This document shows, piece after piece, positions 51,702 to 61,761 of a stretch of 64,000 bases of DNA. Source of the DNA: Leptolyngbyaceae cyanobacterium (GTDB lineage: Bacteria; Cyanobacteriota; Cyanobacteriia; Phormidesmidales; Phormidesmidaceae); assembly GCA_965263355.1 (NCBI GenBank), contig CBDHHL010000032.1, positions 576,001 to 640,000 of the forward strand, given 5' to 3'. Positions within the stretch are counted from its first letter, which is position 1, and every line of letters starts with the position of its first letter. A model generated the notes under the pieces. It was given only the letters and a program-made list of their open reading frames with translations, was not told the origin of the DNA and did no database searches. The position numbers and the translations under genes are program-made.

Positions 51702-53459
51702 GTGAACCAAAACCGTTACGAAATTCTCGAACCCCTTGGCAAAGGACAAAACGGCCAAACTATCCTGGCCCATTTTGTCGCCCCGAATAGCTCCCAACCC
51801 CTGATTGTCATTAAGCAACTGAACGCCCTTCAGGAACCGTTTAGCGCTCTCACCAAACGCCTAAAAGCCGTTAGCCAACATCCCCAGCTACCCAGCCTCA
51901 TCGACAGCTGGCAGACATTAGGCAGCCAGTTCTTTGCCTTCGAATATATTGCCGCTCCACCCATTACTGAGTCCCAGACACCTCCCTGGTCGCCAATACA
52001 AGTCGAAACCTGGTTACTAACACTTTTGCCGGTTCTAGAACATATCCATAGCTTTCGACTGATCCATGGCGATATCCGACCAGACAATATTCGTGGAGGC
52101 CATCAGTCATCGATTTTGATTGACCTGCGGATTACTCAGCGTCTGGGCAAACACCAAACCGCCATTGACGTTATGGGGGGAGATGCTATCTATGCAGCCC
52201 CCGAACAGACCCTGGGCCAACTGGTATATGCCAGCGATCTTTACAGCCTGGGCTTAGTTGCTATCCATTTATTAACTGGGCTTACCCCCTTTGACCTCTA
52301 CTCGGTAGCTGACAATCGCTGGATCTGGTCTGATCTAGTTACAGAATCGTTGCCCCAAAACCTGAGGCAGGTTCTTAACAAACTTTTAGAACGCTCCCTT
52401 GAAAATCGTTATACCAATGCAGCTCAAGTTATTAGGGATCTCAAACAGTCGCCAACCTTATCCTTATTGAACAAGGCCCGCTCTTTTCTCCCTCTCCAAG
52501 AATCCTTACCCCTCTCCTTACCAGCGATAACTAAATTAAAATCTCTAGCTTTTAGCCCATCTACAACAACTAAGCGCCAGCCAAACTCTGAGCGCCAAGT
52601 CAGCTGGCAACTGCTACACCAACTATCCAATGGCATCACCACAGCCTTAGCCCTTCAAGGAACCAGCTTGGCCATGGGTAATAGTTCAGGCTCTGTTCTG
52701 CTCTGTGACCTGGCCAAAGGTGCAGAGGTTTATCAACTAAGGGGTCGTCTTCATAGCGATCGCGTCACTGCCTTAGCATTCCACCCCCAGAATCGCATCC
52801 TTTACAGTGCTAGCAGTGACGGCAAGGTAAAACAATGGGACTTGCTCCGGGGCGAACTCGCACATACCCTAAGCCAGCCAGGTTGGCAGCCAACAGATTT
52901 GGCTGTTGCACCACCGTATCTCGTCGTTAGCGATGGTACTGGCTATATCGATTTATGGGATTTAGACGATCTCAAACATCATCACAGATTCAATCAACAT
53001 CAAGACTGGGTAAACGCTATTGCCACCAATGGTCAACGGTTAGCTAGTATTAGTCGAGATAGAACCCTGCGGTTGTGGTCATTATCAGACAAGACATTGC
53101 TGAATACATTATCCATTAGCCCAAGTCAGGCATTGGCTCTGCATCCCAGCGGCAGCTATGTAATTGTCGGTAATGACCAAGGCCAGGTAGAAGTTTGGTC
53201 GTTGGGGCAATCAGTTCAATCTGAAAACCTTTGCACTGAGACAGATGGCATTATAGAACTGGCATTAAGTCCAGATGCGCGATTGCTCGCCGTGGGGACC
53301 GATGGTAATGCACTACGGGTCTATCAAGGAACGGATGGTCAGTGTGTTTCTGAATTGGTCCAGGGATGGGGTGTGGTGGCTATTGCGTTTGATGGACGCA
53401 CCCTCGTTAGCAGTAGTCAGGATGAAATCGTCACCATTTGGCAAAGAAGAATGGAATAG
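51702..53459 (+). CDS. Ser/Thr kinase-like domain + WD40 repeats
   Basis: IHGDIRPDNI, YAAPEQ and SDLYSLG; C-terminal WD repeats (HSDRVTALAF, HQDWVNAIA). Confidence 0.85.
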   Translation: MNQNRYEILEPLGKGQNGQTILAHFVAPNSSQPLIVIKQLNALQEPFSALTKRLKAVSQHPQLPSLIDSWQTLGSQFFAFEYIAAPPITESQTPPWSPIQVETWLLTLLPVLEHIHSFRLIHGDIRPDNIRGGHQSSILIDLRITQRLGKHQTAIDVMGGDAIYAAPEQTLGQLVYASDLYSLGLVAIHLLTGLTPFDLYSVADNRWIWSDLVTESLPQNLRQVLNKLLERSLENRYTNAAQVIRDLKQSPTLSLLNKARSFLPLQESLPLSLPAITKLKSLAFSPSTTTKRQPNSERQVSWQLLHQLSNGITTALALQGTSLAMGNSSGSVLLCDLAKGAEVYQLRGRLHSDRVTALAFHPQNRILYSASSDGKVKQWDLLRGELAHTLSQPGWQPTDLAVAPPYLVVSDGTGYIDLWDLDDLKHHHRFNQHQDWVNAIATNGQRLASISRDRTLRLWSLSDKTLLNTLSISPSQALALHPSGSYVIVGNDQGQVEVWSLGQSVQSENLCTETDGIIELALSPDARLLAVGTDGNALRVYQGTDGQCVSELVQGWGVVAIAFDGRTLVSSSQDEIVTIWQRRME

Positions 53460-53561
53460 ATTTATTTACATAGTTCTTCTAACTGCAATTCAAGAAGATT
53501 ACGGACAGTTGTAAATCTGATTTAGGGAATCTCACTTGTGACATGATCAGAGACGATTTCT

Positions 53562-54494
53562 ATGGGTTCCTTCATGACTTACGGTCTGCCCGCTCCTTTA
53601 AAACCCGGCGATTTACTCTATGCAATTGCGCCTAGCGGAGTTCTGCGAGAAACAGAAAAATTTAAGGCGGGTTTACAGATTTGGTGCGATCGCGGCTACC
53701 AGGTAGAACTCAGCCCTATCTATGACAACCGTTGGGGCTATTTAGCAGGCACAGATGACCAACGTCGTCAGCAACTACTGGAAGCCCTGACTAATCCTAA
53801 ATACAAAGGCATCCTCTGCGTCCGTGGCGGCTACGGCGGCACTCGCTTACTGGAAAACTGGCAATGGCCCGTCGATATCAATAAATGGCTGATCGGCTTT
53901 TCCGATATCACCAGCTTGCTATGGAGCTGTCAGCTTAGTGGTGGTGTTCATGGCCCATTACTCACCACCATCAGCCAAGAACCCGACTGGTCGCTGAAGC
54001 GATTATTTAACTGGTTAGAGCAGCAAACATTAGAATCACTGACAGGGGAAAGCTGGGTCAGCGGAATGGCTATAGGTAAACTGTTACCAGCCAACCTGAC
54101 GGTAGCTACCTGCCTCCTCGGCACATCCCATGAGCCTGACTTTACCGGATCAATCTTGGCCTTCGAGGACGTGACCGAATCTCCCTATCGTCTGGACCGC
54201 ATGTTGACCCATTGGCGAATGTTAGGCAAATTCGATCAAGTGGCAGGCATTGCCTTAGGTCGCTTTAGTCAATGCGAACCACCGAAAAATACACCCAGCT
54301 TTAGCGCCCTAGAAGTGCTACAAGAACGTCTTGGGGATCTGGGGATTCCTATCGTTGCTAACTTGCCCTTTGGCCATGACGGTGTCAATGCCGCCCTGCC
54401 GTTTGGTATTCAATCAAAATTAGAGGCTAGAACCGATGGTTCTGGCCTCTTATCGTTTCCAAACCATAACCCACCCACCCCAAACCCTATGTAG
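53562..54494 (+). CDS. LD-carboxypeptidase (peptidase S66)
   Basis: RGGYG, GFSDIT, FEDV.E and PFGH catalytic motifs. Confidence 0.92.
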   Translation: MGSFMTYGLPAPLKPGDLLYAIAPSGVLRETEKFKAGLQIWCDRGYQVELSPIYDNRWGYLAGTDDQRRQQLLEALTNPKYKGILCVRGGYGGTRLLENWQWPVDINKWLIGFSDITSLLWSCQLSGGVHGPLLTTISQEPDWSLKRLFNWLEQQTLESLTGESWVSGMAIGKLLPANLTVATCLLGTSHEPDFTGSILAFEDVTESPYRLDRMLTHWRMLGKFDQVAGIALGRFSQCEPPKNTPSFSALEVLQERLGDLGIPIVANLPFGHDGVNAALPFGIQSKLEARTDGSGLLSFPNHNPPTPNPM

Positions 54495-54523
54495 GGGCGT
54501 TGCATGCAACGCCCCTACATAGG
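54486..54523. repeat. GTAG-type REP-like perfect palindrome between convergent genes
   Basis: CCTATGTAGGGGCGTTGCA|TGCAACGCCCCTACATAGG, 38 bp; contains the TAG stop of the S66 gene. Confidence 0.85.
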
Positions 54524-54530
54524 AAAATCC

Positions 54531-55946
54531 TTACGCCTTAACCATTTTTTTATCACCATTACCCACGGTGACGATTTCTGTTTCCATTTCATTGATTACA
54601 GTCTCAGATAACGCAGGAATTGAATCATCACCTGTAATCAAACGGGCACCACGCTGATAGGTGAAATAGTTCCACCCCCACTGCAGCAGCACCAACAGCT
54701 TGTTATCAAATTCGATTAAGAAGTAGATATGGACAAAAATCCAAATAAACCAGGCAGGAAATCCAGATAGCTTCATAAAGTTGAGGTCAGCTACGGCCTC
54801 ATTGCGACCAATCACAGCCATGCTGCCCTTATTCTTGTAGTTAAAGGCAGTCACTGGCTCATTAATTAGCTTAGCTTTGACGGTTTTAGCCAAATAACTG
54901 CCCATCTGCATCGCTACAGCTGCCGTGCCCGGCAACGGCTTGTCGTCTTGATGAGCATAGTGAGCCAAATCGCCCGCCACATAAAGGTTGGGATAATTGG
55001 GCACACTCATGTCAGCCTCAACCATCACGCGACCAATACGGTCGGTTTCAGTCCCAGTCCTTTCGGCAATCGCTTTACCCAAGGGTGATGCTTTAATGCC
55101 AGCTGCCCACAGCACAGTGCAAGCTTGCATTTCAGTGATTACACCATCATGCTTGATGGAAACCGTATCGCCATCAATGTTAGTTACCAGAGACTGCGTA
55201 CGAACCTCAACACCAAGCTTTTCTAAAGACGCTTTAGCCGCTATCGATAGGTCAGCAGGATAGGGAGGCAAAACCCTATCCATCCCCTCGAGCAAAATAA
55301 TTTTGGTTTCCTGGGGGTCAATATCGGTAAAATCGTCCTTAATGGTTTCATAGGCCAGTTCTGCCAAAGCACCCGCTAATTCCACACCGGTTGGTCCAGC
55401 ACCCACCACCAGGAATGTGAGCAACGCCTTACGACGGTCAGGATCAGTTTCCTTTTCAGCCGCCTCAAACGCTAAGAAAATACGCCGTCGCACTTCTAAG
55501 GCATCCTCAATGGTCTTCATACCAGGGGCAATGTCAGCCCAGTGGTCATTACCAAAATAGTGATGGCTGGAACCTGTCGCTAAAATGAGGCTATCGTAAC
55601 TGATCACCTCATTACGCTTTAGAGTTACTATTTGGGCATCGGGGTCAATATCCACAACCTCACCCATCAGCACCTTGACATTTTTCTGACGACTCAACAC
55701 AGAGCGCAGCGGTGAGGAAATATCACCTGCTGACAGACCACCTGTAGCGACCTGATAAAGTAACGGCTGAAATAAATGGAAATTACGCTTGTCAATGAGC
55801 GTCACCCTTACTGGGGCCTTGCTCAAAGACTTTGCGGCGTAAAGACCGGCAAAGCCTCCACCGACAATCACCACATGATGTAGAGAATTTTGCTCTGCTG
55901 TTGTCCTTTGGGCTATAGAAGCCTGACCAGAAAGGGCTGCTGTCAT
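54531..55946 (-). CDS. Type II NADH dehydrogenase
   Basis: GGGFAG, HLFQPLLYQVATG, GAGPTGVE and WAAG. Confidence 0.92.
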   Translation of the reverse strand: MTAALSGQASIAQRTTAEQNSLHHVVIVGGGFAGLYAAKSLSKAPVRVTLIDKRNFHLFQPLLYQVATGGLSAGDISSPLRSVLSRQKNVKVLMGEVVDIDPDAQIVTLKRNEVISYDSLILATGSSHHYFGNDHWADIAPGMKTIEDALEVRRRIFLAFEAAEKETDPDRRKALLTFLVVGAGPTGVELAGALAELAYETIKDDFTDIDPQETKIILLEGMDRVLPPYPADLSIAAKASLEKLGVEVRTQSLVTNIDGDTVSIKHDGVITEMQACTVLWAAGIKASPLGKAIAERTGTETDRIGRVMVEADMSVPNYPNLYVAGDLAHYAHQDDKPLPGTAAVAMQMGSYLAKTVKAKLINEPVTAFNYKNKGSMAVIGRNEAVADLNFMKLSGFPAWFIWIFVHIYFLIEFDNKLLVLLQWGWNYFTYQRGARLITGDDSIPALSETVINEMETEIVTVGNGDKKMVKA

Positions 55947-56385
55947 AGCATTAAAAACTATTACGTATGATAAACAATCTTATATCTTCTATTTCTGAGT
56001 TGGGTACATAAACAATCGTCTTCTTCAAAGTTTGTTTAAATTACCCAACTTGCTATTCAGGCCCACGACAAGGGATTTCCATATACTTAAATATTCCCTT
56101 TCAAGGCGTAAAAATCTGAAAATATCGCCCTAATCAGTTCTTGAGATCGATGACATATTTACCCCTAACCATGTTTCGTAATATGTCATGGGATTTACAC
56201 AGGTACGCCTATGTGGTTTTTTATCCTAAAAGTATATTCAAGGTCGATTAACAAGTCCTACGTGCCAAGAGGGGACTTGACTTGGTAATCTGGTTAACCA
56301 GGTTTATCAACAGCATTAAGAGCAAATATTTCTGATGGTTTGGGCAATACAAACCTACTCAGAGGGAAAACTCCCAGAGGAGAAA

Positions 56386-56459
56386 TAAACCTTGTCTACG
56401 TCCATAATTGGAACTTTTCCGTAGAAGAACCTACAGGTTTCAACTTGGACATTGTGTTA
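56386..56459 (-). repeat. Dispersed structured element, copy C (inverted)
   Basis: Reverse complement reads TAACACAATGTCCAAGTTGAAACCTGTAGGTTCTTCTACGGAAAAGTTCCAATTATGGACGTAGACAAGGTTTA. Confidence 0.8.
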
Positions 56460-56505
56460 ATCAGAAAAAATTGATTGTGCGGATTGGAAAGGGGGCAGCA
56501 AAACT

Positions 56506-58311
56506 ATGGCTTTAATTGTCCAAAAGTACGGTGGTACATCGGTGGGTAGTGTTGAGCGTATTCAAACCGTTGCCAAACGCGTACAGACAACCGTACAGGC
56601 AGGCAACTCAGTTGTTGTAGTTGTATCAGCCATGGGCAAAACTACTGATAGTCTAGTTAAACTCGCAAGTGAAATTTCTAGCCAGCCAAGCCGTCGGGAA
56701 ATGGACATGCTGCTCTCGACAGGAGAACAGGTTTCGATTGCGCTATTGAGTATGGCCCTCCAGGAACTTGGTCAGGCGGCTGTTTCAATGACCGGTGCGC
56801 AAGTCGGTATCGTTACAGAAGCCCGTCATAGTCATGCTCGTATTTTGAGAGTTGAAACAGAGCGAGTTAAACGCTATCTAGATCAGGGACAAGTTGTAGT
56901 TGTGGCTGGTTTTCAGGGCATTAGCGATGCTCCAGACTTGGAAATTACCACCCTCGGTCGAGGCGGCTCCGACACATCGGCTGTGGCCTTAGCAGCTGCA
57001 ATCCAGGCTGATGCCTGTGAAATTTGCACTGATGTTCCTGGTATTTTAACGACTGATCCTCGGCTGGTCCCTTCAGCCCAGTTAATGGCTGATATTACTT
57101 GCGACGAAATGCTAGAGTTAGCTAGCTTGGGAGCCAAGGTCTTACATCCAAGGGCAGTGGAAATTGCTCGCAACTACGGTGTCATGCTAGTTGTACGATC
57201 TAGCTGGACTGATGAGCCTGGAACCAGAGTAATTGCACCCAGCCGACTACTGCGTCCCTTAGAAGGGTTAGAACTAGCTCATCCTGTTGATGCCATTGAG
57301 TTTGATACTAACCAGGCCAAGGTAGCTCTACTGAGGGTACCGGACCGTCCCGGGATTGCCGCCCATCTATTTGGTACGGTTGCCCAGGAAAACCTCAACG
57401 TTGACTTGATTATTCAATCTATTAACGAGGGGAATTTTAACGACATTGCTTTTACAGTCGAAAAGAATGTGTTGCCCCAGGCAACGACAGTGGCCTCATC
57501 CCTCATCCCCTCTCTGCGAGGTCCATTTGATGATGGGAATACGATTGACTTACTGACGGATACCGAAATTGCCAAGGTCAGTATTGCTGGGGCTGGCATG
57601 ATTGGTCGCCCAGGAGTTGCAGCCAGGATGTTTTCTACCTTGGCTGCTGCCGGGGTAAATATTCAGATGATTGCAACGTCTGAAGTGAAGGTGAGCTGTA
57701 CAATTGCAGCAGAGGATTGCGATCGCACCATCGCCGCTCTCTGCCATGCCTTCGATCTTAACCAGTCCCCTGCCCGTTTGGATACCACTGCTACAGTTAC
57801 GGGTCCAGCCGTTCGCGGCGTAGCCCTTGATCGCAATCAAGCCCGATTAGCACTTCGCTATGTTCCTGACCAGCCTGGGATGGCTGCCAAACTTTTTCAG
57901 ATACTCGCCGATCGTGGCATTAGCGTCGATATGATTATCCAAGCCCAGCGCTGCCGAGAACATAATGGCATACAAACCCGCGATATTGCGTTTACTGTAG
58001 CCCAAGCAGACGCAGATATGGCCAACGATGTCCTTCACTCCCTGGCAACTGACTTTGGCAGTAGCGAAATTGTACTGGATAAGGCTATCGCTAAAGTCAG
58101 CGCTGTAGGCATTGGTATGATGACCGAATCTGGAACAGCTGCAAAAATGTTCCAAGCTCTGGCAGACTGCAACATCAATATTCAGATGATCGCCACTTCA
58201 GAGATCAAGATTAGCTGTGTTGTAGCAGAGGATAGCGGCATTGACGCACTTAAAGCTGTACACACAGCCTTTGGACTAGCCGGCAGTCAAGAAATTGAGG
58301 TGCCGGCCTAG
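56506..58311 (+). CDS. lysC: Aspartate kinase (cyanobacterial type, four ACT domains)
   Basis: [25 protein letters not shown] and duplicated ACT pairs. Confidence 0.95.
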   Translation: MALIVQKYGGTSVGSVERIQTVAKRVQTTVQAGNSVVVVVSAMGKTTDSLVKLASEISSQPSRREMDMLLSTGEQVSIALLSMALQELGQAAVSMTGAQVGIVTEARHSHARILRVETERVKRYLDQGQVVVVAGFQGISDAPDLEITTLGRGGSDTSAVALAAAIQADACEICTDVPGILTTDPRLVPSAQLMADITCDEMLELASLGAKVLHPRAVEIARNYGVMLVVRSSWTDEPGTRVIAPSRLLRPLEGLELAHPVDAIEFDTNQAKVALLRVPDRPGIAAHLFGTVAQENLNVDLIIQSINEGNFNDIAFTVEKNVLPQATTVASSLIPSLRGPFDDGNTIDLLTDTEIAKVSIAGAGMIGRPGVAARMFSTLAAAGVNIQMIATSEVKVSCTIAAEDCDRTIAALCHAFDLNQSPARLDTTATVTGPAVRGVALDRNQARLALRYVPDQPGMAAKLFQILADRGISVDMIIQAQRCREHNGIQTRDIAFTVAQADADMANDVLHSLATDFGSSEIVLDKAIAKVSAVGIGMMTESGTAAKMFQALADCNINIQMIATSEIKISCVVAEDSGIDALKAVHTAFGLAGSQEIEVPA

Positions 58312-58324
58312 TAGACTGTTAGGC

Positions 58325-59170
58325 TTAGTGCCCCATCTTCTCCAGTGACAACCGTGATGCAATAGTCTCAACTAGTGGAATGGGACTCGATAGCCGATTA
58401 AACAATTCCCAGAGAACTTGATTTCCATCTGCCGCCGACTGCGGGGCACGGGAAAGCAAAATATCACGGCATACCTGCCGAAAATCGGCATCTTCAGCCG
58501 AAAACTTGATGCCTTCACATTGACATACCTGGGCAATCATCAATTGGGGACGTAAACTAGATTGCCCTTCGGGAAATACTTGCCGAAAAAATTGCTGCAC
58601 AATTCCAACTACCAAGGTAGCAGACTCATGGGAAACCCCTATTAGCTCCATCAGGAGCTTTTGCTGTGCCAAAACATTAGGCTCTGGCAATCGAATTGTA
58701 ATTAATCGATCAAACAGCGCGTTTTGGGTACCGTAGGTACCGCAATACTCCTCAGAGTTGGAGGTAAAAATTACTCGAAACTCAGGATGAACAGACACAT
58801 ACTCTGACCCAGACGCATTAGTTAGCACTAACATCCGCTCTTCTAAGGCAGACAGCAAAATTGTATTTATCTCAGGACGAGATCGATTAAATTCATCGTA
58901 GATTAAGGTCCATCCCTCACAGCAAGCTAACCTCAACCAAGAGTCTGGCTGACTGGATATGGTTAAATCATGGCCTCCTACCACCAGCAACATTTGCCGC
59001 TTTCGACAATCAGCTAAATGCATGGCCAAGGTAGTTTTACCAATTCCAGTGGGGCCTTCTAAATGCACAGAGTAGCCAGAACGCAAATATCGTAGCGCTC
59101 GCTGCATAACCTGCTCAAGTGCAGCGGTCCTCACAAACTGCTTAGGTCGCACCTGAATTACCGTGGACAC
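58325..59170 (-). CDS. GvpN-like AAA+ ATPase, shortened and orphan
   Basis: RALRYLRSGYSVHLEGPTGIGKTT, YDEFNRSRPE, VHPEFRVIFTSN and EEYCG match GvpN as I recall it. Confidence 0.75.
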   Translation of the reverse strand: MSTVIQVRPKQFVRTAALEQVMQRALRYLRSGYSVHLEGPTGIGKTTLAMHLADCRKRQMLLVVGGHDLTISSQPDSWLRLACCEGWTLIYDEFNRSRPEINTILLSALEERMLVLTNASGSEYVSVHPEFRVIFTSNSEEYCGTYGTQNALFDRLITIRLPEPNVLAQQKLLMELIGVSHESATLVVGIVQQFFRQVFPEGQSSLRPQLMIAQVCQCEGIKFSAEDADFRQVCRDILLSRAPQSAADGNQVLWELFNRLSSPIPLVETIASRLSLEKMGH

Positions 59171-59460
59171 TAAAGATACCGATCCTTTGTAAATGGAGTA
59201 TGGGCTATAACGTATACATTGCCCACGAAAAATTAGTTCGCACCGCTGTTATTCAAAATGCTTTAATCTGCCAACACTTACTAATTTCTGAGAGCACAGA
59301 TAGGAATATCTCGAAAATCAGCAGTAGCATTTGCTTTAGCCTTCCCCAATGGGGTATGCCACTCTCTATTATCCCCTCCAGATCTATTCATCTTTCAACA
59401 AGTGCTTTCCGTATCATTCAGACCTAGTGTTACCTTCCTTATCTTGCAGCATTGCAAACT

Positions 59461-59531
59461 TAAACCACGTCCAAATTGAAACTGTAATTCTTCACCAGAA
59501 AAACGACCGTTTTGGACGTGGACAAGGTCTA
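59461..59531 (+). repeat. Dispersed structured element, copy B
   Basis: TAAACCACGTCCAAATTGAAAC...TTTGGACGTGGACAAGGTCTA; perfect CCACGTCCAAA/TTTGGACGTGG stem. Confidence 0.85.
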
Positions 59532-59571
59532 ATGCACTCAGCAAAATTCGCCCGATCGATTTGTCTAACCG

Positions 59572-60042
59572 ATGGATTCTGCCTATATTGATCGCCTACT
59601 ACAGGCATTGAAAGATTCAGATGAAACCCTGCGTAATCAAGCAACAGGCGAATTCTGGCACATGTGGTTCCACCAAAAAGGTGTGCACGGTGCTAAGCGT
59701 TTGATTGAGAGTCAAACCTTAGTTGAAGCAGAGCGTAATCAAGAAGCCAAAGCCATCCTTGATGAACTCATTCTCACTCAGCCCGACTTTGCTGAAGCCT
59801 GGAACCGACGTGCCGTCCTATATTACATGCTAGGCAGATACGATGAAGCCATTCAGGATTGCGAAAAAACCCTTGAGCTGGTTCCCCATCATTTTGGGGC
59901 GCTTCATGGCCTTGGTTTATGCTACGCGTCCATCGGAAATTATCTCGATGCTATTAAATGCTTTCGACGCACCCTTGACATTCAACCTTTCTCTCTAATT
60001 AATCAGCGCCTAATTTTAGAATGTACAGCCAAATTAACTTGA
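59572..60042 (+). CDS. TPR protein
   Basis: PDFAEAWNRRAVLYY and HFGALHGLGLC. Confidence 0.88.
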   Translation: MDSAYIDRLLQALKDSDETLRNQATGEFWHMWFHQKGVHGAKRLIESQTLVEAERNQEAKAILDELILTQPDFAEAWNRRAVLYYMLGRYDEAIQDCEKTLELVPHHFGALHGLGLCYASIGNYLDAIKCFRRTLDIQPFSLINQRLILECTAKLT

Positions 60043-60136
60043 ATCCTGACAATGTCGCCCAGGTTGCCAGTACGGACTTGCATTTTATGGCACCCTAGCA
60101 AAATACAATAGGCAAGTAGACGTACATTCGCTGCAC

Positions 60137-61363
60137 ATGCAAACTCTGACGCCCCCTGCTACTAATACCGGCGCAAACGAACTGGTGGATACCAAAATTA
60201 TTCGTCGGAAGACTCGTCCAGTCCCTGTTGGCAACGTCATCATTGGCGGTGGAGCCCCTGTTGTCGTGCAGTCGATGATTAATGAGGACACCCTAGATAT
60301 CGATGGCTCGGTAGCCGCTATTCGCCGTCTACACGAAATTGGTTGCGAAATTGTTCGGGTAACCGTGCCTAGCATGGCCCATGCTAAAGCCTTAGCCAAA
60401 ATCAAGGAAACATTGGCAACGTCCTATCAGCTAGTCCCTTTGGTGGCCGATGTCCATCACAACGGCATGAAAATAGCGCTAGAAGTCGCTAAACATGTGG
60501 ACAAGGTTCGTATCAACCCGGGTCTTTACGTGTTTGAAAAACCCAGTGATAGCCGTACTGAATACACCCAAGCAGAGTTTGATGCTATCGGTGAAAAAAT
60601 TAAAGAAACCCTAGAACCTCTAGTGGTTTCCCTAAGGGACCAGAATAAAGCTATGCGTATTGGTGTCAACCATGGCTCTTTAGCAGAACGCATGTTGTTT
60701 ACCTATGGTGATACGCCTGAGGGTATGGTGGAATCTGCCTTAGAGTTTATTCATATCTGCGAATCCCTCAATTTCTATAACCTGGTTATTTCTCTAAAGG
60801 CATCCCGAGTTCCGGTCATGTTGGCAGCTTACCGACTAATGGCAAAACGCATGGATGGACTCGGCATGAACTACCCACTCCATTTAGGTGTAACTGAAGC
60901 TGGGGATGGCGAGTATGGTCGCATTAAGTCTACTGCTGGTATTGGCACACTCCTAGCCGAAGGTATCGGTGACACCATTCGGGTCTCCTTAACTGAGGCA
61001 CCTGAAAAAGAAATCCCAGTGTGCTACAGCATTTTGCAGGCTCTGGGGTTGCGTAAAACTATGGTGGAATACGTTGCCTGTCCATCCTGTGGTCGCACAT
61101 TGTTTAATTTGGAGGAAGTTCTGCATAAAGTACGAGCAGCTACTAACCATCTCACAGGGTTAGATATTGCCGTCATGGGCTGTATTGTGAATGGTCCTGG
61201 AGAGATGGCTGATGCAGACTATGGCTACGTCGGCAAAACACCTGGCTACATCTCTCTGTATAGGGGGCGTGAAGAAATCAAACGGGTACCCGAAGATAGC
61301 GGTGTAGAAGAATTGATCAACCTGATTAAAACGGATGGTCGCTGGGTTGACCCGGAAAACTAA
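60137..61363 (+). CDS. ispG: (E)-4-hydroxy-3-methylbut-2-enyl-diphosphate synthase
   Basis: [32 protein letters not shown] and [10 protein letters not shown]. Confidence 0.97.
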   Translation: MQTLTPPATNTGANELVDTKIIRRKTRPVPVGNVIIGGGAPVVVQSMINEDTLDIDGSVAAIRRLHEIGCEIVRVTVPSMAHAKALAKIKETLATSYQLVPLVADVHHNGMKIALEVAKHVDKVRINPGLYVFEKPSDSRTEYTQAEFDAIGEKIKETLEPLVVSLRDQNKAMRIGVNHGSLAERMLFTYGDTPEGMVESALEFIHICESLNFYNLVISLKASRVPVMLAAYRLMAKRMDGLGMNYPLHLGVTEAGDGEYGRIKSTAGIGTLLAEGIGDTIRVSLTEAPEKEIPVCYSILQALGLRKTMVEYVACPSCGRTLFNLEEVLHKVRAATNHLTGLDIAVMGCIVNGPGEMADADYGYVGKTPGYISLYRGREEIKRVPEDSGVEELINLIKTDGRWVDPEN

Positions 61364-61401
61364 CAATACAGCAGTAGAACTATAGATAGTTTTGCCCCAC
61401 G

Positions 61402-61439
61402 TAAAACCGTTGGTTTGTATAGGACAGCCAATGGTTTTA
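61402..61439 (+). terminator. Putative terminator hairpin after ispG
   Basis: TAAAACCGTTGGTT...AGCCAATGGTTTTA. Confidence 0.55.
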
Positions 61440-61761
61440 TGTGGGTTTTAAGTAACATCCAAGGAAACCTTCATCTTGATCCCATGCCAATTTGTTAGGG
61501 TATGAAGGTAGATTAAACTCACTCAAACGTCCAATTACTAGTGATGGGCAGTCTAACTTGCTAATCAATTAATGATTGATCGTCTATTCGCCAGCGTTCT
61601 TGCAGACTTGCTAAGCTGCACAAGATGACTAAAGATTTGTGAGGATTTGTACGACCCCTACAACAATTGAGCAAAGCTTATATATTTGTAAGGGGTGTGG
61701 GTTGATTATTTATACTGGCTAACTAAGTTCATATCGTCCTAATTGTTCTGGATCACTTTTT

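Noticed and set aside
55947..56505. Lysine riboswitch upstream of lysC
   Set aside because: No recognisable L-box architecture; the structured sequence there is copy C of the dispersed element.
51269..59531. Integron attC sites or CRISPR repeats as the identity of the 71-74 bp element
   Set aside because: Ends do not fit RYYYAAC/GTTRRRY (they read GTTTAAT and GTCTAAT). Copies are dispersed upstream of core genes in both orientations, and there is no integrase or spacer array despite the TTGAAAC motif.
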